A DNA stretch of 64,000 nucleotides from Paraspadella gotoi (GCA_051294375.1 CM119270.1:14115316-14179315); one strand, 5' to 3'; shown: positions 36,446-51,022, numbered from the stretch's first letter. Program-made: numbers and translations. Notes: generated by a model not told the origin, from the letters alone.

Positions 36446-37193
36446 GCGTGGGAGGTTTGGATGATGGGGTTGGTGCTTCGAAGACCGAAGAAGCCTGTGA
36501 TGGTGTGACAAGTGAGGAGGAATGAGGCCGCGTGCAGTGATGGAGTTCTCGGGTGAAATCAATTATGTAGTGGAGCAAGATAATGCGGAGCAAAGTTAGA
36601 TGGGGCGAAGCGCATTGAGTTAGGGGCAGAGCGAAATGGGTTGTGGTGGAGCGAAGCGGGTTGGAGTGGAGCGGAGACAGATTTTGAATATATATCTCAA
36701 ATGACCATATTTTGTTTAAAACAATGTCTTATGTTTGCTTAAATTTGAAAAAAAAAAAGAGATATGAAATTGGTTCAATAAATATATGTGTAAATTTAAA
36801 AAAAAAAATTTTAGTACCTCGATGAATGGATTGATTCGATTGATTGGATGAAGTTTATTGAAACGTGAATGATGATGATGATGATGATATGATGATGAAT
36901 GAGATGATGATTGATGAATGATGATGATGATGATGATATGATGATGAATGATGATGAATGATGAATGGCGTGGAGGTTTGGATGATGGGGTTGGTGCTTC
37001 GAAGACCGAAGAAGCCTGTGATGGTGTGACAAGTGAGAGGAATGAGGCGCGTGCAGTGATGAGTTCTCGGGTGAAATCAATTATGTAGTGGAGAAGATAA
37101 TGCGGAGCAAAGTTAGATGGGCGAAGCGCATTGAGTTAGGGGCAAGAGCGAAATGGGTTGTGGTGGAGCGAAGCGGGTTGGAGTGGAGCGGAG
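36178..37193. repeat. Tandem duplication of about 500 bp (36178-36676 and 36677-37193) containing an (ATG)n microsatellite
   Basis: Both copies start ACAGATTTTGAATATATATCTC and end GGAGTGGAGCGGAG. The second copy differs mostly by single-base indels. Confidence 0.9.
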
Positions 37194-37319
37194 GTGGGAA
37201 TTGAGTTCGAGGAATGGAATTCCCCGGAGAAAAGGGGATGAGCTTCGGTCGCTTTACTGGGAAGGACTTCTCTGTGTGAAACCGCCTGTTAACTAAGACG
37301 ATGGAGAATGAAAGAGAGA

Positions 37320-37371
<52 letters not shown>

Positions 37372-38054
37372 CGAGAGAGAAAGAGAGCGAGAAGAAACCA
37401 GGAGGCAGAGAGATAAAAAGGAAGGCGCAAGAAGAAGAAGAGAGAAGAAACTTTTCTTTNNNNNNNNNNNNNNNNNNNNNNNNNTTTTTTTCTCTCGCTT
37501 AATGATTTCAAAAAAGCGTCATTAGCAAATTTTGAAAGGCTCTTCTTTTCTCTTCCAAGTCTCCACCGCATAATCGCGGTTCTTAATTGTTCCGGTTTCG
37601 CTCGAACTCTGGAATCCGTCACATTGTCACTGAGAGAGCGGAGAGGGGGAGGCTCGTTCTACACCCTTCTCTCTGACACGTCTCCTCCGCCGGGTCCTTC
37701 TCTCTCAACCCCGACCCTTTCCCGCCTGCCCCACATTTAGACCCCTCAAGATCTCCGAAAGGGCATCGAGATCGAGGCAGAGTTTATCCCGGTTTCCTTG
37801 GAGACGCTTTTGTCTGAGCTGACGGGAGGTTCGTCCGCGCGCCCCTCTGTCCCCCCACCGCTCGTCCAAGGTCCAAGGTGCGGCGTTCAATGATATATAT
37901 CTTCCTATGGGTGAATGTTTGCCTCTCGCCGTTGTTGCTTCGTTCGCTTTAATCAAAAATATAGTAATTAAAAAGATATTTATTAATTTTCACTCGAATT
38001 TATTTGTTAATTTCGAAAAGGAATGACCCACCAGATTTAATGAAGGACGACGGA

Positions 38055-38170
38055 AAAACCTGGATGTTGGTATCAATTGTGAAATATTCCGGATGTAACT
38101 ACCGCGGAAGTAAAACTCGGGATGAAAAATCCCCGGATGTAAAAACTCTGGATTCGAAAACCCCGGATGT
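38055..38170 (+). promoter_or_regulatory. Array of about 15-bp units each carrying an ETS-like core (CCGGATGT/GCGGAAGT), upstream of the Kv2 coding exons
   Basis: CCGGATGT at 38089, 38133 and 38162, with variants at 38059, 38104, 38117 and 38147. Function is inferred only. Confidence 0.3.
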
Positions 38171-38272
38171 CACATAAAAGCCGAAGGAAGATTAAAGGGA
38201 TGACCGAAACGCGGATATAAGATAATCCGCTTTGTAGTTTAGACATTGACGGGAAGATAGAAAGAAAGAGCG

Positions 38273-38335
<63 letters not shown>

Positions 38336-38427
38336 AAAAGAGAGAAAGAAAGAGAGAGAAGAGAGAGAGAGAGAGAGAAGAGAAAGGAGAGAAAGAGAGA
38401 GAGAGAGAGAAAGAGAGAAAGAAGAGG

Positions 38428-38463
<36 letters not shown>

Positions 38464-38754
38464 TGGGTCGTTAAAAGATTCTTGGACGATAATTCGTCGA
38501 CGTCTCTCGTTGAAAAGGTTGATATCGCGTCTCTGTCGAACTTCTAATGTTTTTATCGGACAAGTGGGATCTCGAGCCGCTCAGTGAATCTTAATTTCTT
38601 TTCTTTTCTTTTCTTTTCTTTTCTTTTCTTTTCTTTTCTTTTCTTTTCTTTCTCTTTTCTTTCCATCCTTTTATTCCTCCCTCTTTCTTTTCTCTCGTCC
38701 TCAATATTTGTTTTTTTCTTTCTTTATTTTTCTTTCTTTCTTTCATTCTTTCAT

Positions 38755-38826
<72 letters not shown>

Positions 38827-39451
38827 TTCTTTCTTTCTCTTTTCTTTCCGTCCTTGCCTTTCCTCTCTCCTTCCTTTCTTCCTGCCCCTTTCTTTTCTCT
38901 CGTCCTCAATCTTTGATAAACATCAAAGCCTCTCTCCGGTTGCCCTAGTTTCTTTCACTTTTCTCCTCATTATAGAAAAACGGGAAAAATAGAGCTCATA
39001 TCAGTTATTATACAAAAATCTTAAAATTATCAATAAAACGTTAAAAAGCGTTTTGTAATTTTAAATTCGTTTTCATTTTAAAGAAATTAAAATTTCATGC
39101 ATCTTCGTGAACATGTCGTTACAAATTACAATGATTTTTTTATTCTAGTATTTTTAAAGAAAGTAGGAGACGGATTAAAATATATAAAAAAATGTTTAAA
39201 TTAAAATAAACAAATGAGGTAAAGAAAGTTTAAAACTAATCCTTCCCATCAATTCCCCAAACTTCCTTCCAACTCATCCCAGCTTCCAACCTACCATTCG
39301 ACCATCCTCTTCCTCTTCCTCCTCTTCCTCCTCCGTTGAATCCTCTCTCTCTTCCTCTCATCGTCTCCGCCCGCCTCGGCCACTCCCTCTCCCTCTCGCT
39401 CTCCCTCTCTCTCTCTGACCCGCGATGTTCACCAACACCTCGGGCGGCGGA

Positions 39452-39483
<32 letters not shown>

Positions 39484-39602
39484 ATTCGCCTTCCAATTGG
39501 CCGCCCACCGCGAGCGGCTGCGGCAGCACAACGCCAACTCGGCGAGGAGGTGGATGAACACGACGAGGAGGAGCACGGTCGCCGGTGAGGGTGAGTCTTA
39601 AG

Positions 39603-39604
39603 AA

Positions 39605-39635
<31 letters not shown>

Positions 39636-39647
39636 ATGAATAATGAA

Positions 39648-39679
<32 letters not shown>

Positions 39680-39681
39680 AA

Positions 39682-39741
<60 letters not shown>

Positions 39742-39750
39742 AATAAATAA
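39603..39750. repeat. (AAAT)n microsatellite in a Kv2 5' intron
   Basis: Direct observation. Confidence 0.9.
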
Positions 39751-39914
39751 TAAAAAAATAAACCGATAAAAGGAATCTATCAATTAATTAATTAATTAAT
39801 TAATTACTAAAACAATTCAAATACATTATCTCCAACTAACCCTCGCCCCCCCACGCAATCCAGTGCCCGTCCCCACTTCCCTTCCAACCCGACGCTCCCG
39901 CCACGGCGCCGCCA

Positions 39915-42022
39915 ATGCTCCTTGACGACGTGTTCGACGGCGACGCCCCCTCCGCGCCCGTCGACGCCAACGACGCCGTCGACGCCGTCATTTTGGCGAA
40001 TCCCGGCGCCGGAACAGGCCCCGGCGCCCAACCGCCCGCCGCCAACCGCCCGCCGCCGTACGAACCTTCCTTGAACGCTCTTGTCGTCGTCATCGACGGC
40101 GACAACGACCCCGGAGGCGACGACGGCGGCGGCGAAGGCGGCGGCGAAGGCGGCGACCCCGTTTCTCCAGCGGGAGAGCGACTAGATCCTCAGCAGCAGC
40201 AGCATCAACAACAACGACTACCGGAACCACAGCAGCAACATCAACAACAGCAACAGCAGCAACATCAACCGGCGGATGTGGGCTCGAACCTCGGATCGGG
40301 CGGCGTTCCGCCTTCGGGAAAAGACCCTCCGTCGCTTCAGTGGGCGACCCCGCCGACGGCGCCGGCTCCGCAGCAGCAACTTCCGCAGCATCAGCCGCCG
40401 CAGCCGGTGCGGCCGCAGTCCAAGTCGATGTCCTTCATGCCTCCGCAGCCTTACATGATCATGCGCAGCAAAGCGATGAGCCGACGCGTGGTCGTCAATG
40501 TGGGCGGGGTTAAGCACGAGGTGAGGTGGTTGTGGAGTGGGTGAAGAATCTGGGTGGGTTGGTAAGTTGGTTGGGAGGTACGGTTGGTTTGTGGTTTCCT
40601 ATTTCTAACCATTTTAAATTTCATATAACTATTTTATATAACTATCTTGTAAGTAGTAGTAAATGAATCAAAAATAAAATTAGAAGTATACGAGAAAATA
40701 CGATATGAAATATCGTTCGTGTTTCGATTGATAATTTTAATTTATTTACCCTTGTCATCTCAGGTGCTTTGGAAGACCTTGGAGCGGCTCCCGCACACCC
40801 GGCTGGGCAAGCTGCGTGAAAGCAACACTCATCAGTCAATCATGGAAATTTGCGACGATTATTCGCTGGCGGACAACGAGTACTTTTTCGACAGACATCC
40901 GAGGTCCTTTGCCTCCATACTTAACTTTTACAGGTGAAAAAAAAAATAATTCTACGAATTTAATCAATCTTGACGGATTGATAATGTTTTTTTTGTTTAT
41001 ATACTATTTTTAATCTTGAGAGATTGACGAAGTTTTTAGTTTGCAACGAATTTTATTTATATAAAAACAGACATGTTTCGACTTGTTTGTCAAGCCTTCA
41101 TCAGCGTTATATAAATATAATATAATATAATATAATATAATATAATATAATTCATTATATAAATAAAATTCGTTGCAAACTAAAAACTTTGTCAATCTCT
41201 AAACATTTCAAACAACGAAAAAGAAAGGATTAATACAATATTTTTAATCTATATTTTAACTTTTATTGGCTTCAGAACCGGCAAGCTCCATCTGGTGGAA
41301 GAAATGTGCGTCTTGGCCTTTAGCGACGACCTGGAATATTGGGGAATCGACGAACTCTACTTGGAATCCTGTTGCCAACACAAGTAAACGAGGAAGATGC
41401 ATTTATCGAACGAGGCTTTGCTTAAGAATTTTTATCATTCATTACGAAAAATTGGACAAGTTAAGACTTAACTACAACTCATGAGAAAACTGAACTTCTT
41501 TCGTAAACGTGTTGTCAAGAATCTGAAGTAAAATTTTATTTTGGAATCATGTTACTTAGAAAATTTATCAAAAAATAATTTGGTAATTGCTAGAAAGTTT
41601 AAAAATTGTTACAGATACAGAGATGACTTCATTACTTACTAGTAAAAAAACCCCAGATTGAACAAAACTAAAAGCATTTTATAAATCCAGATTGTAAAAA
41701 ATACCAAACATTTTCTGCTAAATCCTGACACCGTCGACCCACCCCGTACACAGATACCACCAAAAGAAAGAGTCCGTCCACGAGGAGATGCGCAAAGAAG
41801 CAGAGACCCTTCGACACAGAGATGACGAAGACTTCGGGACAGGAAGTTGCGCTCCCGTCCGGAAGAGGATGTGGGATCTGCTGGAGAAACCCAACTCGTC
41901 GGGACCGGCTAGGGTAGGAATTGCTGTGGTTGAAGCTGTTATATAATTATTATTTCAATTAAGTTTTCATTATCATAATTTATTGTGGTAGACACAACGC
42001 TGATTCACAAGCCACTGATCAA

Positions 42023-42100
<78 letters not shown>

Positions 42101-45100
42101 ATCCACTGTACTAACTCCCACTCGACTTCGCCCAGATCGTGGCCTTGCTCTCAGTGACCTTCATCGTGTTGTCCACCATCGGACTGACCCTGAACACCAT
42201 TCCCGCCATCCAAGAGGTGGACGAGTACGGTCAGCCCACGGACAACCACAACCTGGTCATGGTCGAGGTCGTCTGCATCGCCTGGTTCTCGCTCGAGTAC
42301 ATCCTCCGATTCTGGGCCTCGCCCAATCGCTGGAAGTTTTTCAAAGGTTGGTTGTGTCGGGTTGGGCCGATTGACTCCGTTGCTTGACAAATTTAAAAAA
42401 AAAAATTAGCTTGTGTTCGCTTGGCGATAATTTTGTTCTGCCAATTTTTCAGATGGTGATTGGGTGATTTCCGTTCGATTGATGAATTAATTGATTTTCT
42501 GAAAGGAAACAATAATACTATTATAGCCAATGCATTATAGCCAATTATAGCCTATTTGCCATTGTAAAATATCAATAATAAACCTTCAGAGAAATAAAAT
42601 AAACAATTAATCCAAATCTAATCAGAACAGAACTACATGCAAATGAGAGTCTCATTTGAAATGATTCACAAATTAATCTGCTTCACTAATTGCTCAATCA
42701 TCATATGATTTTTGAAAGGTTAATTGATTGTTGGCAAGTTCGTTGCTGATCCTCCGCTCACTCTCACCCCCCCCCTTCCGCGAAGGCGCCCTCAACATCA
42801 TCGATCTGCTCGCCATCCTCCCCTACTTCGTCTCCCTCGGTCTCGTGGAGACGAACAAATCCACGGAGCAGTTCCACAACGTTCGACGCGTCGTCCAAAT
42901 CTTTCGGATCATGAGGATCCTCCGTATCTTAAAAGTTGGCCCGCCACTCGACGGGCCTCCAGTTTTAGGATACACCCTCAAACGGTCCTACAAAGAACTC
43001 GGGCTACTCGTCATGTTCCTCGCCATCGGCGTGCTGCTCTTTTCGTCGCTGGCCTATTTCGCCGAAAAGGACGAGGTGCGGATGCGAGGGGGGAGAGGGG
43101 GGGGCGAATCGTCGTCGTCTCGGAGAGAAGCGTTGTCGTCTCGTTATATTGATGGTTATTGTCGAAGCTTTTTTTTTTTCGATTGAGCAGTTGACCTTGC
43201 GGAGGTGCCCAACTGCCCATCTTGTTATTGACTGGATTGTATTTTGTTTAAGAATTTTTTTTGTTACCAAAAACCAAAAATCAAAAACCAAAAATCAAAA
43301 ACCAATTTTTTGTTAACAAAAAAATTCAAAAATCAAAAACCAATTTTTGCTACCAAAAAACTTATCGAAAAAAAAAAATTGCCATGTACCTAGTCACATT
43401 TATATGAAATTACTAAAGTTTTTAAACACAAAACAAATACTTCAATTGAGAATGTATAATAGCGATTGTGTCCATATATTTTCCTTTCCTCTTTCACAAA
43501 CCTTCCGTTTCCTCTGCATCCCTCCCTTTGGCCCTTCGCAGGAAGGCACCGCCTACACTAGTATCCCCGAAGCTTTCTGGTGGGCAGGCATTACTATGAC
43601 GACGGTGGGGTACGGTGATATCTACCCACAAACGGTTTTGGGGAAGATCGTGGGCGGCGTGTGCTGCATTTGCGGAGTCTTGGTCGTCGCGCTCCCGATT
43701 CCGATTATCGTCAACAACTTCGCCGAATTTTACAAGGTGAGGGACGAAAATTCGGTTGGGGTAAGTTAACAGGAGAGAAAAGGAAAGATCAGAAAGGGCG
43801 GCGACTGAAGAGTGAATGAAATAAATGTAACCGGGACATGTCATGTAAACTGTTACTCACTGTAATAGAAACAACGACATAAAAGGGTGAAAAAGAAAAA
43901 TTATAGACATGATAGGTATATTTATGAATCTCAGTCAATATTAGAAAGGTTTAAAAAAGCAAAACTCAGGCGAAGATTAGTTAAAATTTATAAGTTTAGC
44001 CGAAATAGAAAAGAAACTGAATCGCGATCAACGAGCAAACTATTCTTGATCTTCCATGAGCAATGAGGATTGCAATTCTCCCATCATTCCCGCAACCCCA
44101 AAACGCCCTTCCTTTCTTCAGGACCAAATGCGGCGGGAAAAGGCCGTGAAGCGCAAGGAGGCCCTGGAGCGGGCCAAGCGGAGTGGCAGCATCGTGAGCT
44201 TTCACTCCGTCAACCTCAGAGACGCCTTCGCGCGATCGGTCGACCTTATCGACGTCATGGTCGACGAGGAGAAGCAGGGCAGGTTAGGGTGGTGAGGGTG
44301 GTCAAGGGTGGTTTAGGGTGGGGGATTAGGAAGAAGTAGGGCGGGTTAGAAATACGTTCGTGGGGAGTAACAAGTGGAAGAGTGGAATGAGCCGAGGGTA
44401 AAAAATAAAAAGGGAGTTTCGACTATGAGAAAAGTGGGAAAAAGTTTCGTGGTTAAATAATTATAACAAGCTATAATAAAGATAGTATTAATTAAACCAA
44501 TAATTGTATTAATTTGGTCGAGGAATGAGAAGAAGCGTGGATGTTTAAAGAGGTAAACAAAGGGTTACACCTTAGAAAAATGATCAGGGAATGTTTAATT
44601 TCTTTAATTAACTACGTATTCTCCGTTCTCACCGTCCCCCCCCCAAAAAAAAAACATTTCCTCCTACTTTCCTCCCAATCCAGTCCCCCAATGAGCGGGA
44701 ACGGACCCATCAACTGCCAATCGGGTCCTTCGCCCGTGACCCCCCAAGGCCACGGCGGTCAGGGAGGTCAGCAGCAACAGCAACAGCAGCAACAACAGCA
44801 CAGCAACAACAAACACCTCGGATCTTCTCGCCCGCATCTCGCCTCCTCCCCCTCCCCCCTCCATCCTTCAGCGAGACAAAACTACCCTCAACCCCCATGC
44901 CACCACAACCACCATCGCCACCACCGCTCGAGCGGCCCGCCGTCGACGTCGGCGTCGGCGTCGGCCTCGGCGGCCAAATCCAAAGACTCTCAATCTCTGC
45001 CTGGGAACATCAGGCCGGGAGACGAGGGGGCCTTCCAGGTGGAACACAGAGATCACATGACTGCCTCTCAACCAGCCTTAAAGATTCAGGTGGATTAAGG

Positions 45101-46414
45101 GGGAGAGGGGGTTTCGTTTGTTTATGTTTGTATTTGTTAGTGTATTACTTCTATTTTGGGCTCTCTTTTCCGAAAACGCTCCATTTCTGTTTCCTAAGAG
45201 TTATTCTTAAGACCTAACCCTAATCACTAACCCTAATCCCTAACTCTAATTATTATTAATATATATATATATATATAATATTAACCTAATTCTTTATCCT
45301 AACCTTTAAACTTATTTTTGAAACTGAAAATTAACTAAATTCCAAATTAAAAGATAAAATAAGGCGATGTGGGAAAATAAGTCCTAATTTAGTTCTACAA
45401 CTAATAATGAATTATTTATTTTTTTTGCTATATTACTAAGCAATCACCATATCTCGTTATTACCCCCCCCCTCCACAGAACGACGACGAAAACCCAGAGG
45501 CCGTGGCTTTCGCCGCCGCCGTCGCCGACGACGATGACGACGACGACGACGACGATGACGACGATGACGCCGCGTGGCCCCCCGGCGATCGAGTGATCGG
45601 CGGGGGCGGCGTCGGCGGCGTCGATCCCCGGTTTCCCGCTTCGGCGTCGGACTGTCAAGTCTACAACCGGATCAACGCCACGCCTTCGCCGATCGGCGCC
45701 AATAAAGAGGGCAGGGGTGAGTTCAGTTCTTGTGAAAAACGTTTGAATAGTTTAAATTTAAGGTCATCTGTAATGAAATTGTTAGAATTTTAAAAAAATC
45801 ATTTTATTAGCGATTAAATGGCATAACGAAAAATATTAAATAATTTTGATTAATAAAATTAGGTAACATGCGCATTCGCGCCCGGTTTTTTTTTATATTT
45901 TAATTTTTATTATCTATTCTTAACTCTTGTTTAACTTTTGTTTTGTTCCGCAGAAACAAAGGACAGAGGTCGCGGCGGTTGGAGCAGATCTTCGGCAAAA
46001 AGCGCTAAACTAAGCGTCAAAAGCGGAAACAGATCGAGATCCGGCTCGGTGCAAAGTCAGACGAGGTAAAATTGTGAGAGAGACATGGGAAGCGTGAAAA
46101 AGCAGACATGGTGACTCACCATTGGTGAGAGGCAAAATGAATATGAGATAAGAGCTCCAAGACGAGGTGAGAATATAAAAGAAGTCATGTCACTTTGGTG
46201 AATATGCAAAGTCAGACAACATGAGAAGGCAACCTTTAATAAGATACGATAATAAGTAAATTGAGGACTTTCAAAATATTAATTTAATAAAAAAAAAACT
46301 TGTCTTTAGAATTAGAGTACAAAATCTGAACTTGAGTTTCTGACTCCCCAAGGAGAACGGATATTGTCGCGCCATTGAGAAACTCGCAGGTTCTAATGAA
46401 AATGCCATCGGTTT

Positions 46415-46502
<88 letters not shown>

Positions 46503-46614
46503 TTTCTTCTCTCTTTCCTCCCGATATATGTATCGCTCCCCAAAGCCCCTCCAGTCGCCACCAGAGCCAAAAAGGGTTGGTTGGAACTCGCTAACTAAAT
46601 TATCGCCCACAGAT

Positions 46615-46698
<84 letters not shown>

Positions 46699-49600
46699 GT
46701 CTTCTCTGTCTCTTATCGACGGTCCGAGGGGGATTGAAGTTCAATGGTACCGTCGTAGCGTAAGAGGGTGACAGATGGAGAGGGCTCACGGGGTTTGCCC
46801 CCAAATGGGCTTCATACAGGGTGTGTAAAAATTTGGTTCACTCGTGGGATGCTCAAAGGGGAGGGGCGGAAAAAGTTGGGTGTTTAGCGCCAAGAAACAA
46901 TTTGGCTTTAAATTGATGCCGTTAGTAGAGGATATAAATTTGGGGTGTGAGAGAGGAACTACAGATTAATCAAAGACTGACAGGGTCTCCAAACGGTTTA
47001 CAGGCGAGGGCCTTCGTCCACAGGTGGTGGGCAAATGAATGGGTGGGTATGCGTGGTCTCCCCGTGGTATCTGCAAGAATCGGCCTTTGAAAGGACGGAA
47101 CCCTCGGAAGCGGATTAGGGTTACCCACCGACCAGAATCCGCTTCTCCGAATCCGCTTCTCAGATATTTGAGAAAAGGAATTTTCTTTTGTGTCGATTGG
47201 GGGTGAAAGGGATTACGGGGTGAGCAGCTAGGGTGATGGGATTATTGGACGATCGAAATTGCGAATAGTTGAGGAGAGAGGCAAGGGTGTTCCCGGATTG
47301 GGAGTTAGGAGTTGCGAATAGTAGTACGAAGAGAGGGCAAGGATGTTGCGATTATTCGGGAATGTGAACTGCGAAGAGTTGAAGAGAGGGCCTCGACTTA
47401 GCGATTAATGTCGAATGGAAATTGCAGATGGCAATAATGGGTACCATTGCGCCCTTCGGAACGCGAGAATTGTGACTAATGCTAAATCATAGGGGAGCGG
47501 GGTGGCGGGGTGGCGCGAAGCGTGGCGTAGCGAGGTCGAAAGAGCTCGCCAGTTGCGGACCAACCGGGTTCAAAGAGGATCCCGTCTTCTTCGAATCGGT
47601 CCTGAGGGAAAACGGTTTTGGTCGCTGTCGACGTTCAAGTGGCCGGAACGGGAGAGGGCGTCGGGTTTCGCATTGAGAGAGCAAAGAGCGAAACCCCTTA
47701 AACTCTTTTAAGACGATCCTATTACATCCGAGACTTTTAGCTTCATACGATACGGTAATTACATCCGGTATTCGATCATCACGTACGAAACTCCTCGCGA
47801 CGATCATTTAAAAAAAAAGGGTTATCGATCGTCCGACGTCGAAAGCGCCAAGAAAGGAAACCTTCTTTTCTTTGAGCGGATCGATTCGCATCGAGACGAA
47901 GAGAATGTCGAAAGGTTAATCCTCAATCGAGCGATTATTTCTCGCGGAAAAAGAAAGATGGCTTCCCCTTCGACGATTAAAGGAAATTAGGGAGTGATCG
48001 AACGTTTAGCTTCGTTGAACAATTTTGTCTTTGTCGTTGTCTTTATTGTCGCTTAGATACTTTTTTTCGTTATTATTACTCGCTTATTACACGCATTCCA
48101 TCTCTCTTTACCGATCATCTTCGTTACATCTTCTTTGTATCTGCCTCATTCTTTATAATATATTTGAGTTATTTCACCTTTCGCCCTTCTTTTCATTTTT
48201 TCCCCCCCTTCCATTTAATTTCTCTTCCATTTCTTTCATTTTTTTTCTTTTCTTCTTTCCTCCATTTTTTTTTCTTCTCCTCGAGTCTAGTCGATGGCAG
48301 ACTTGCCACCGTGTCTCCTCCGAAGCAGTGAGATCAAAATCTCAAGAAGGGATGAAATCTTGTTTCCTCGCTATGGAAAGAAGAAAGGAAACAGGGAGGC
48401 AAAAAAAGAGAGAGAAAGTGGAGAGAGAGAGAGAGAGAGAGAAAAAGAAATTAAAGAAAAAAGGTAAATGAACCACTTATTCTAAGTATGAGAAAATATA
48501 AAATCAATGAACGCCAGAAAAACGGGAAAAAAATAGAAAGAAACTCATTTGGATTTAAAACGATAAATGACATGGAATAAAAAAGGAGAAAAAAAAGAAA
48601 GAAAACGAGAGACAGACTGGAAAGTTTAAAAAAAAAGGAAATATAACCGAAAGGAAATAAAAAGTATAAATAAAAGTGCTGGAAAAAAGGAAATTGAGAA
48701 TGGAGAAAGGAAAAGGAAAGGAAATAAGGAATGAATAGAGGAAAAGGGAAGAAAGTCGAAGAATATTCAAAGCAAAAATGAAAAGGGGGGGAGGAAAGAG
48801 GGCTGAATCGAAGGAAAGTTCATTCCGGAAGGACGGATTGTGAAGGTTTTGAAGTGCGGAAGGGGGGGGAAATTTGGAACCGAAGGAGCTCAGTTCATCA
48901 AGTTATTTTCTTTGCATTATTTGACGATAAATTTTTAACAAATAGAGACAGAATAATCTGGAGGAGATGAACTACGACAATTTCAAGGCAACCAACGGCC
49001 CCCGATATTTTCAACTAATAAAAATGGTCATATGATATAACAGTCAGTTACGAATGATAACTTTTTTTTTTTCATTGCAGTTCCGCTTTAAAACATCATA
49101 TTTTAACGCCAAATTTCGATCTTCCCCCCCCATTTCCAAATCCCAGCTTCTCGTCGGGAAAGAAACACAAAAAGCCTCGCGCTCGCTTCACGGACAACCA
49201 CTCGATCCGCAGCGTGTCGTCGACAGACTCCATCTCTTCCTTCTGCGCCTCCGCCGTCGCCAAACCGCGCAAGTTCCGTCTGGGGCTGTTGGGCGCCGGA
49301 AAGACGAAGGGCGGTTGCAAGACGACGGGCGTGAGACTGGCCAACTACTGTCTCATCGCCGACACTAATGGTGAGCGCCCGGGAGTGAGGGCTTGGAGGG
49401 ATCCGCGTGGTCCCGGCTAATCGGAAAGTCGGGGAAACTGGCAAAATGTTACGGTGGGGGCAACTACTGTCTCGTTGTTGGTATTTATGGCGAAAGAGAA
49501 ATTGTATTATTGTTATTGAAACTGGCAGGTCGAATGCCAGAGCCTGAGAAACGACAAATCAGATGGTAGCCAAATAAATTTTTATTTGTTACATTTATTA

Positions 49601-49874
49601 GAAATCACAAACTTAGTATTTATATTGTAATATGTATACTGTTTACTGTTTAAATGGATTTTGGATGGAATTTTCTTGTCGTGCTTGGTTATTATTTCTA
49701 ATTAGCTTCGGTTAAATTGAGAATACCATCGTTGTCCGCGACCGTGAGCATAAAATATCCGAGTTGCAATAAATTTCTCGATGCCTGGCGTGGAATTGGC
49801 CGGTGGCCAAACGTGACGTCAAAACCGATGTACTGAGATTAAGCGGTTCTTAGGGTCACGAGCCGTCAAAGAAA

Positions 49875-49935
<61 letters not shown>

Positions 49936-50031
49936 CTCTCTCTCCAAGAGCGTCGCCTATGGGGTTTCGTGGTTCAAGAATTCTCGCATAATTTTTCAGT
50001 TTTAATTCCATCGTTGGTTTTCTTTTGCACA

Positions 50032-50073
<42 letters not shown>

Positions 50074-50990
50074 CCATTCTTCTGATGCTTTTGAATGTCA
50101 CTAAAATTCGAGGAGAGGAGAGAGAGAGAGAGAGAGAGAGAAGAGAGAAGAGAGAGAGATGAGGAGAGAGAGAGAGAGGAATTTCGTCGTTCCCCTGCTT
50201 CGTCGCCATCGGCTGGCAACAGCCTCGCCAACCATAAATCCCCCTCTTCTTCGTTTTCCATTTTTTTACTTCCTGCCATCTCGAGCCTCGTGTGTGTGTG
50301 CGTGCGCGCGCGCGCGCGGGATCTCGTTCAAAGCGCGCGCGCGGGTGCGTAGAGAGAGAGAGATTGCGGTGCGCGTCGCGATTGGCGCGCCAATATTTAT
50401 ACGGCGACGCCGGGCGAAGCGGAGTTCGGTGCGAGGCAGCGTTGCGTCGCTCTCCGCGTGCACCGAACGCTTCGCAACGCTTTACACGCCGGAATACATG
50501 AATACCGGGTCGTACACGCCGATTACGTAGATTGTCTACGGGCGTTGATTGGTCTGGGATATGGCGATCTCTGAATTGACTCATTTCTGTGAGCGATTTG
50601 GACCCTGATTAAGTAATGAGCATCGCTCTAAGAAAAAAAAAATGCTTATACTCAATAATACGATACTTTTAGATTTTATCCAAATCTTTTTACCAATTTC
50701 ACTTTCATTTGATTTTAAAATACACAGAATTAAATTCTTTGGTTGTCATGACTACCGCTCACAATTCCGTCGTCGAAGTCCTTAGTTTCTCTTTGCAAAT
50801 TTCCCTTTTGTTTCTTTTTTTTATTTCCGCCTCGAATCGTGGGCGTTTTGATCTTTCGCGCGCTCAACCATCGATGTTTTTTATGCAGTACTTGAAGCGC
50901 CATTTCTCGTTTTTTTTTCTTTCCTTTTTTCCCTTCCCGCCTTCCTCTCTCTCCTCCTCTCTTCCGTCTCTCTCTCTCTCCTCTCCTCTA

Positions 50991-51022
<32 letters not shown>

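Noticed and set aside
36178-37193. 500-bp tandem duplication and poly-His ORF (36294-36593 -) as a biological novelty
   Set aside because: The second copy differs by scattered single-base indels typical of an unpolished read overlap, so it is probably an assembly artefact. The poly-His is just (ATG)n read on the minus strand.
46814-46845. TA-CAGGGTGT Tc1/mariner-like terminus (and GCACCCTG-TA near 31440)
   Set aside because: No matching partner TIR visible, and the two ends differ internally.
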